NCBI RefSeq assembly: GCF_009914755.1
Contig: NC_060944.1
From: the human T2T-CHM13v2.0 reference genome, Homo sapiens
DNA: 64,000 nucleotides
Strand: one strand, 5' to 3'
Part shown: positions 54,657 through 64,000 of the stretch, in pieces
Layout of the letters: every line of letters begins with the position of its first letter
Numbering within the stretch: the first letter of the stretch is position 1
Notes under the pieces: model-generated
The model's input: the letters and a program-made list of their open reading frames with translations, nothing else
The model's database searches: none
Told to the model about the DNA's origin: nothing
Made by a program: the position numbers and the translations under genes

Positions 54657-55051
54657 TGTAAAAGTTGATTATATAAATTGGGTCATTCTTGTCATGTCCA
54701 ACGAAATCAGGGCCAGGGGAAAGAACACCCAGGGCATACAGCACCTGCTCCAAGAATTAGATTTTCCACAAGCCCAGCTGCTGAAACGACCTGCTGTGAC
54801 TCTAAGACTACTTTAACCTACCACTGTCTCACCAATCAGAGATTCCCAGCTCCCAAAAACTTGACTTGTGTCAATGAGCTTTCTTTCAAAGCAATACATA
54901 CTATTTCTTTTTCTAATAAAACTCCTAACCTTCTGTTTGTTCTTTGGACATACCAAAGACCACCCAGTCTGTGTGTATAACTCAAATTGCAATTCTTGCT
55001 TCCCAAATAAAACATTAGAGATTTGTCTCTATATTTTATTTGACTTCAACA
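54657..55051 (+). mobile_element. Intact ERV1-class solo LTR (MER4 group; subfamily uncertain)
   Basis: TG...CA termini (TGTAAAAG...TTCAACA), perfect 4-bp TSD AGGT (54653-54656/55052-55055), CCAATCAG box and AATAAA signals. Confidence 0.8.
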
Positions 55052-55155
55052 AGGTTCACACTGCAAATTTCCCAGTGAACAGGTGAGATTTCATCTTACC
55101 TCTTTTGCTCCACAGCAAACGCTGACTTAAAACGTGTATGTAAAATGTATGTATG

Positions 55156-56154
<999 letters not shown>

Positions 56155-57016
56155 TCATAATTCCTCCACTCCAGCCTACTCCTGCCCATATCTTTTTTTT
56201 TTTTCTTGTTACAATTCATATGTTACAGAATCTGGGACATTTAACCCATATAACATCCCATAATCTGGATTTTCTAATTATGTACCTTGTTTTCAGTATT
56301 TCTTGCAAATTGCAGCTATATCCAGAGGCTTGATCAATTTTGGATTTTATCCTTTTGGCAAACTTTGGTGGTGGGTAACGTTCTTTTGTCAGGAGGCTTG
56401 GTTTTTGTTTCTGATGTCAGCAGTTATTGATGCTCAGTACCTAGACCATAAGGGGTTGTAAAATGATGCTATCCTATCATTTTGTTTTCATTTGTAAGTT
56501 GAAATAATTTTATAAAGATATATTTCTGTCACCTACTATATGGTTATCTAGTGGTACAGGAAAGGCAGGACAAATACTTATTTTTTTCCTTTATCCAGTT
56601 TTCAATACAATGAACTGATTTCTTATCAATTCTCCTAATTTAGCCAAGTAGGTTTCCTTTTTAGTAACATTATGAGTGCCTGGATTTAAATATATTTATG
56701 AGTTTTAATCTATTGCAATTCTTACCTTACTGAAACTCAAATTATCCCTCTTTGGTCAGTGGGAGCCTCTTCAAGTTAGATCCTAAGTCCTTTCAAGATG
56801 ACTCCAGTAGACTTTGATAAACTTTCATGTTATCTGTTATCACAACATTCTAGGATCATCCTATACATTTCCTGCCCTAAAACCTAGAATTAGCCATTTC
56901 CCTAAGAAACCCCAGTTTCTCTAAATGGGTAAATGGTATTTCAAGATCATAATTTGGGCACTAAGAATGTTCATTCATACTGGGTTGGTCATTGTTTCTA
57001 GACCTTTTAGTGGACA

Positions 57017-57017
<1 letters not shown>

Positions 57018-57065
<48 letters not shown>
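57018..57065. repeat. (AC)24 microsatellite
   Basis: Direct reading. Confidence 0.93.
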
Positions 57066-57066
<1 letters not shown>

Positions 57067-59150
57067 ACACCCCTACAGGGGACCAGGCAGGTAACAAACA
57101 AGTGAAGGTGAGAGAAATGAAACTGGGACTGTGGCAATCTGAAGAGGGTACGCTCTGCCTAAAGGGGACAGATCTTACAATTCCTCAAAAGGAGCCAGAA
57201 ATAAAAAATTTCCACATGAATTTTTAAAATGCTGACTACTAATTTCAAAAAAGTCAAACACCAGGGTCAAATGAACCACATCTGTGGGGCCAGATGTGAT
57301 CCAAGGGTTATGTGCACCCTCAACCTGAAAATGTTAACTCGCAGTTACAATATTCCAGGAGTCACATTGTTGCTAATATATAAAAAATATTTAGGGAAAT
57401 TAAGAATTCTCAGACTGCTTCAGAAAAACCCCAGCTACATTAAGATTATCTTCCTCTCCCCAAGTCTCTACAGCACTAGGGAGAAAAGCATTTTCTGTAC
57501 AGAAACCATTTCCTTTCTCAGACACGATGTGAAAGGGAAAAAGCCAGTTATCCAAATAAACTCTTAAAGGGAGTTAACCTAACAATGTTTTTACATGTAA
57601 GTTCTTGGAATCACAAGAAGAGATCCAGGAGATATATTTTGCATGACAGATATATTAGAGGAAACAAAACTGGTAGAAAACTTTATTGAAAATGCTTGAT
57701 CAAGCTCTTGCCTTCATTTTTACCCATTCCAAAAAGAAACAAAGCTAACAGCACTGCTACCTCTGCCCTAGCACACACCTGGACATAGCAGAAATAACAG
57801 AAAGTGACTGGGGAAGAAAAAATAAGGTGTGAAAACTCTAAATATGGCCCCAGAGAAGGCTTGGGGAAGGACCCGTTATCAAGAAATAACTGATTGAGTT
57901 TGGCTCCTCTGGTATAAGCTACCATCACATAACCTGACCCAAGCTCCAGAAAGGATAAAAAAAAATCACAGGATTAACGTTTTCAGTTCAAAGACAAGAA
58001 AAGGTCAGACTGGATTAAAGCAAAACCAAAAGAGTACTCACGGGGTAATTTCCCCTAGTGTCTGCTACTGTCTTTGAAAGAAAATAAAGGCCTCAAACCA
58101 TCCAAGGGAATCCAAGGGTTTAGGAATCCCAAGCAAAAGGAAGATGGGAACTAGAAACTTCCCAGACTGCACCATGAGCATCTCGGTAAGCCTCGCCTGG
58201 TCTCCCTCGAAGCCTTACAGCTTCAGCTTCTCGGTCCTGTGCACTCGGCTTTCCTTCACTGGAGCCTCCTGCCCCTGAGCATGTTAGGGCTATTTTTTTC
58301 CGCATGCTATCAAATCATAACATTTTAAACCTCTCTCTAATTTGGAAACTAGGCTCTCAGCCAAGGTCAGAGAAAGAGTTGAGTTGCCGGATGGAACCAG
58401 ATGGGCTCAAACTACCATTCTCATAAGTGATTCACCAGGGAGCCAGATGCAGCATCCCCTCCCTTTGATCTTGTGTCTCATGAAGGAAAGGAAGAATAGT
58501 TTCACCTCTGGCACTGATCAGACACCAGTACTCTCTAGAAATTCCACCAGCAGAATGGAGGCATGTTTATAGTGTCAAAGGAGGAAGTACAAACTAACTT
58601 TTACAGTTCCTTTGACTTCAAAAGATGAATTATTTTCTTTTCCCCTCATCGCCCCACATACTGGTGATCATGTCCTTTCATGAACATTTGAATACTAATA
58701 ATCATAGCTAATATCTATCAAGCCCTCATCAGACTCTGTTCTAAACACTTGACATGTATTAACCCTTTGCAGTAGGTACTATTATATTATCCCTGTGGAG
58801 GCAGAGAAGTTAAATAGTCACTTGCTCAGGGTCACAGAGTTAATAAGTGTCCAAATGAAGACATCAGAGCCTGTACTCTATTTCCCTCTTTTTTATTATA
58901 AATTTTTTCAAACATGCAGAAAAGTTGGAAGAGTAATACAATAATTAACCATATATGTCTAGATTAAATATTAATACCTTGCCTTATTTTATCTTTCTGC
59001 ATGCATATATTTATTTTTGCTGAACCATGTAAAAGTTGAACACATCATGACATTTCTCTCCAAAACACTTCTGCACACAGTTGTGCAAAATAAGGACATT
59101 CTCCTATATACCATAATACTATCATCACATCCAGGTAATCAACAATTCCC

Positions 59151-60233
<1,083 letters not shown>

Positions 60234-60368
60234 ATAAATATGTATTTTTCCCTTTGCTATTAGCAAAGAATCTAGAGGGTGGGGACTAGGGAATAATGTT
60301 TTGACACAATGCAAATGCAAATACATTGTTCTCTAAAAACCATTCACCCAGTGATTTTAGCATCCATG

Positions 60369-60995
60369 TGATATGCACAAGAGGCAGGTAGAAAAGGGCC
60401 GTTCCTGGCGACGGCCCCACCCTCAAGCCTGGACCCCTGACCTAAAGTGAGAACTTCACATCCCTGTTGCCTTTTCCAAAACCACCCTGGCCTGGCCTGC
60501 CCCGCATCCTGTACTCATAAAAACCCCAGGCTCCACTGGCAGTGGAGTGGCAGAGAGGGAGAGAGAAGCAGCAGCCAGAAGTCAGAGGGAAGCAGCTTGA
60601 TTTCAGACGGACACCTTGATGGCGGGACCTCGGAGAAGAGTTCAGCCAGGAATGACCGAACTGAGGGGAAGACCACCTTCCTGCTCCATCCCCTTTCCAG
60701 CTCTCCATCCCATTGACAGCCACTTTCATCAGCAATAAAATCCCCTGCATTTACCATCTCCAATTCATTTGTGCAACCTGATACCTCCTGGATGCCAAAC
60801 AAGAGGTTGGGATACAGAGGGCTGTCATACTGAGATGTGAAATGCTTAAGCCATCAGAGGATGGCAAAGCTGAAAGAGCACAGTGTAACAAACAACTTCT
60901 GTGGCTCCAGGGATCATGAGTACCCCACTAGACATTGCTGTGGGACTGCACAGAGTTGTGCACAGAGTCTGTGCCATGTGACTGCACAGAGTTGT
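60369..60995 (+). mobile_element. ERV1 LTR (LTR1/LTR27/LTR28-like), 3' end apparently lost at an Alu junction
   Basis: Starts TGATATG...GGTAGAAAAGGGC...CCCCACCCTCAAGCCTGG; CATAAAAACCCC TATA-like motif; AATAAA at 60734. Confidence 0.7.
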
Positions 60996-61187
60996 GCCCA
61001 GACTGGTCTTAAACTCCTGGGATCAAGTGATCCTCCTGCCTCAGCCTCCCTAAGTGCTGGGACTATAGGTGTGAGCCACTGCACCCAGCTATAATTCCTT
61101 TTTAAAAGGCAGAGTAATTGCTTAGTTCTTTCCTTTTAATTATTTACTTTCAGAGTGAGAAACTGGTAAAATAGCCACATCTGATGA

Positions 61188-62850
<1,663 letters not shown>

Positions 62851-62925
62851 TAAACAGGTGGTTTTGTTTCCTGGATGTGACTACACTGATCTTCAAATAC
62901 CCTACCATGACCCACAAGGCCCAGG

Positions 62926-63264
62926 TGATATAATTTGGCTGTGTCCCCATTCAAATCTCATCTTGAATTGTTGTTCCCATAATCCCCTCATGTCATGAGA
63001 GGGACCCGGTGGGAGGTAATTGAATCATGGGGATGGTTACCCCCAATGCTGCTGTTCTCCTGATAGTGAGTGAGTTCTCACAGGATCTGATGGTTTTATA
63101 AGGGTCTTTTCCCTCTTTGCTTGGCACCTCTCCTTCCTGCCATCATGTGAAGGTGGACGTGTTTGCTTCCCCTTCGGCTATATTTGTAAGTTTCCTGAGG
63201 CCTCCCCAGCCATGTGGAACTGTGAGTCAATTAAACCTCTTTCCTTTGTAAATTACCAAGTCTC
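62926..63264 (+). mobile_element. THE1C-like MaLR LTR, interrupted near its 3' end by L1
   Basis: TGATATAATTTGGCTGTGTCCCC...GGTTTTATAAGGG...CTGTGAGTCAATTAAACCTCTTTCCTTT...AGTCTC, then an abrupt switch to L1. Confidence 0.88.
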
Positions 63265-64000
63265 AATATCATACTGAATGGACAAAAGCTGGAAGCATTC
63301 CCTTTGAAAACTGGCACAAGACAAGGATGCCCTCTCTTACCACTCCTATTCAACATAGTATTAGAAGTTCTGGCCAGAGCAATCAGGCAAGAGAAAGAAA
63401 TAAAGCGTATTCAAATAGGAAAAGAGGAAGTCAAATTGTCTCTGTTTGCAGATGACATGAGTGTATATTTAGAAAACCCCACCGTCTCAGCCCAAAAACT
63501 CCTTAAGCTCATAAACAACTTCAACAAAGTCTCAGGATACAAAATCAATGTGCAAAAATCACAAGCATTCCTATATACCAATTATAGACAAGCAAAGCGC
63601 CAAATCATGAGTGAACGCCCATTCACAATTGCTACAATGAGAATAAAATATCTAAGAATACAACTTACAAGGGATGTGAAGGACCTCTTCAAGGAGGACT
63701 GCAAACCACTGCTCAAGGAAATAAGAGAGGACACAAACAAATGGAAAAAAATTCCTTGCTCATGGATAGGAAGAATCAATATCATGAAAATGGTCATACT
63801 GCCCAAAGTAATTTATAGATTCAATGCTATTCCCATCAAGCTACCATTGACTTTCTTCACAGAACTAGAAAAAACTACTTTAAATTTCATATGGAACCCC
63901 AAAAGAGCCTGTGTAGCCAAGACAATCCTAAGCAAAAAGAACAAAGTTGGAGGCAACAAGCTACCTGACTTCAAACGATACTGCAAGGCTACAGCACCCA
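63265..64000 (+). mobile_element. 5'-truncated primate L1PA, ORF2 reverse-transcriptase region (continues off window)
   Basis: Frame-1 translation [65 protein letters not shown]...; FADD at 63445-63456; no stop seen to 64000. Confidence 0.93.

Noticed and set aside
58030-58050. Donor-like CCC|GTGAGTA on the - strand
   Set aside because: No matching acceptor or PIGU-like coding sequence identified upstream.

Overview
Primate (human-like) genomic DNA, not microbial. The window is the MAP1LC3A-PIGU locus (human 20q11.22), identified by manually splicing and translating exons. The + strand carries the complete autophagy gene MAP1LC3A (LC3A). Its canonical isoform has a CpG-island promoter and 4 coding exons (12032-13061, 121 aa ending ETFG-F). 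A distal isoform uses a probable non-coding exon ending at 94 and an alternative coding exon (3153-3204, MKMRFFSSPCGKAAVDP; 125 aa). The - strand carries the last five exons (8-12, residues 210-435) of PIGU, a GPI-transamidase subunit, converging on MAP1LC3A with poly(A) signals about 240 bp apart. The rest is intron, dense in Alu, L1, L2, MIR, ERV/MaLR LTRs, DNA-transposon MITEs and microsatellites; almost all ORF-track entries are repeat-derived noise. I see no evidence of a wholly new multi-gene system. The best second-look items are: (1) the alternative LC3A N-terminal exon appears to be an exonised antisense MIR next to an ERV1 LTR; (2) five perfect CRE palindromes within about 450 bp of the LC3A promoter; (3) an intact MER85 piggyBac MITE with TTAA duplications; (4) a perfect CLEAR/E-box palindrome in a PIGU intron; (5) a compact G-quadruplex motif in the LC3A 3'UTR. 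Repeat family names come from recalled consensus sequences, not from a run search, and their boundaries are approximate.
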